Notes under the pieces: model-generated
Databases searched by the model: none
What the model was told of the DNA's origin: nothing
What the model saw: only the letters and a program-made list of their open reading frames with translations
Made by a program: the position numbers and the translations under genes
Shown here: piece after piece, positions 62,158 through 64,000 of the stretch
Layout of the letters: each line of letters begins with the position of its first letter
Numbering within the stretch: position 1 is the stretch's first letter
From: Antedon mediterranea
Taxonomy: Eukaryota; Animalia; Echinodermata
Length of the DNA: 64,000 bases
NCBI RefSeq assembly: GCF_964355755.1
Contig: NC_092673.1
Span: 6,696,001 to 6,760,000, forward strand
Reading direction: 5' to 3'

Positions 62158-63363
62158 TAGTAATATCAAAGAACTTATAACACAAGAATCTCCTGTTCTT
62201 CAATTTGCATTCAAAACACAGTATCGGAAGTACAGGGTTAAAAGGTCAAACTGGGCGACGCCATTTCACAGCATGGAGCAGCGCCCCCTCCAAACTAGAA
62301 AGTCAAAACTATTAATTCCTATAGAGGGCTCAGTCAATTACTCTATCCCCCCTATCAGAGCCATATATAAAGAGTTACGACATTGAAAATTAGAAGCCAT
62401 TTTTGTGTCAAAGAATTCGCACGCTGAGGGCGCGCGCGTCTATTTTATATAGCGTTTTCCTGTAGTTCATGCATTATTTTTAGATTTTTTTGTCTATGAA
62501 ATAACGCTTATATTCCGTTTTTATTTTAGTAATTAATTTGATTAATGGTATTAATTTGGTAACATATATATATATATTGTGTCTATAATAACAAAAGAAT
62601 AAATGCTAGGGCCTACAGTACATGCAAGTCAGGATACATCAAAGCATGAACCAATACAAATTCACCCCTCTTTTTATACAGTATAATTATGCTCTCCGTG
62701 TGTTTTTGATACAAACTTTCAGAGACTCGTTCATTATTTCATTTGTAATAATTTGCCTTTATTATTTTAATAGTGTTCATACCCTATTCAATATATTAAC
62801 AAATATATCCACGACACTTTATTATTTTCATTTAGTCATCAAAGCATGCAATATGAATTGAAAATATTACACAATTGTTATTAATAGGACGTAGTTATGG
62901 GATGTTTCGTTCCAAAATCAATCAATCGAACTTTATAATGGACTAGCGCACGCGCGCGCAATATTCTTTGCCGCAAGTACTTTTCTGTACGCTGTGCTCA
63001 TCGATATTTTACCGTAAAATGTGCAATTACATTTTTTTTAAATATAAGAAAAAGTTTAAAGTATTTTCTTGCTCCTATACTTTACATGAATTAACGGAGA
63101 CAAGTTTGACACAAATTGATCTGCATATCACGTGACTATAATCCAATGTCCAACTCTTTATTATATATACGGCTCTGCCCTATAGTATTAGCAGTCCCCC
63201 TCTATGATGTTGACTTTCTAATTTGATGCGGGCGCGCTTCTCCATGGCTCACAATGGCGCCACCCATTAGCTCTATTCTATCCCACAATGCCTTTCGAAA
63301 TTGTTATGGTCTTCGGACGAACAGGAGATTCTTGTGTTATAAGTTCTTTGGTAATATCCACTA
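62158..63363. mobile_element. About 1.2-kb non-autonomous TIR element with about 190-bp imperfect TIRs (TAG..CTA termini, Academ-like)
   Basis: CAAAGAACTTATAACACAAGAATCTCCTGTTC (62167) mirrored at about 63318-63349; further mirrored blocks catggag, tagaaagtcaa and atagaggg. Confidence 0.7.
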
Positions 63364-63782
63364 TGTTCATAAAGCATAAACAAAAACACGAAGTAAAAAG
63401 AAACGCCAACATGTTTTGGGAACAAACTAACCACCACCAAAAAAAAAGAAGAATAAAAAGAAGGAAACAAAAAAATCTTATATAGGCGTAACAAAGATAC
63501 AAGTCTACTTTATTGTCAAAATCTTAAAATGTTGAGATATATTTTGTACCTTAGTAGATCATTAAATAATACAAAGTGATAAATATTTAAATAAATGATT
63601 TTACTCGTTTACTATTAATTTAAAGTTTTGATTAAACAAATTGCATGCCATATAAAGTGTTGAAAATCTGAAACGGTTTGTGGAAATTGTTTTCTGTGTC
63701 AATCTAGCTAGCCCTTCCTGATCTGTTAATAAGAGTGTGATGGGTGGGATGTGTCTTGTATAAATTAGTTAAAATGTCTTAA

Positions 63783-64000
63783 AGATGTATTGTCTCTTGA
63801 AACACATTAAATGAAGGTCAAAATATTAAATTAGCCATATCAAAGTATAATATATAATATATATAAATATACTTTAAGTCGAAAATTCGAGCTAAAAACA
63901 ACAAGTTTACGTAATTAACAGGTAAATTAGTTTGAATACATTCCGTCTGGAAAATCGTCGCGAGCGAAAGTAAACAAATATTTCAAACCACGAGTATGCA
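63783..64000. mobile_element. Kolobok-like MITE terminus running off the window
   Basis: TTAA|AGATGTATTGTCTC terminus. Confidence 0.55.

Overview
AT-rich (roughly 30% GC by eye) invertebrate animal genomic DNA. A deuterostome, probably an echinoderm, is inferred from the Deu/Nin-domain SINE, the abundant TAGGCCTA motif and a vertebrate-like Lhx3/4 exon structure. The only intact gene is a six-exon LIM-homeobox gene of the Lhx3/4 (Lim3) family on the + strand. Its CDS is join(50636..50717,56549..56723,57448..57650,58718..58875,59028..59199,59730..60097), 385 aa, with all introns GT-AG and phase-compatible. Upstream lie about 50 kb without an intact gene, filled with non-autonomous DNA transposons (Kolobok-like, PIF/Harbinger-like, MULE/foldback-like, Helentron/HINE-like, Academ-like), LINE 3' ends and a tRNA-derived Deu-SINE. 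This region also holds two Penelope-like fragments (one with a complete minimal hammerhead ribozyme core), a 66-bp minisatellite with a 396-bp higher-order repeat split by a transposon, and a few decayed exon-like segments. The most notable oddities are a 4-layer self-nested MITE stack in Lhx3/4 intron 1, a stop-free homeobox intron echoing exon sequence, a strongly over-represented TAGGCCTA palindrome and the hammerhead. No wholly new multi-gene system is supported. Most ORFs in the supplied track are spurious. Transposon superfamily calls rest on termini and TSDs only and were not searched against databases.
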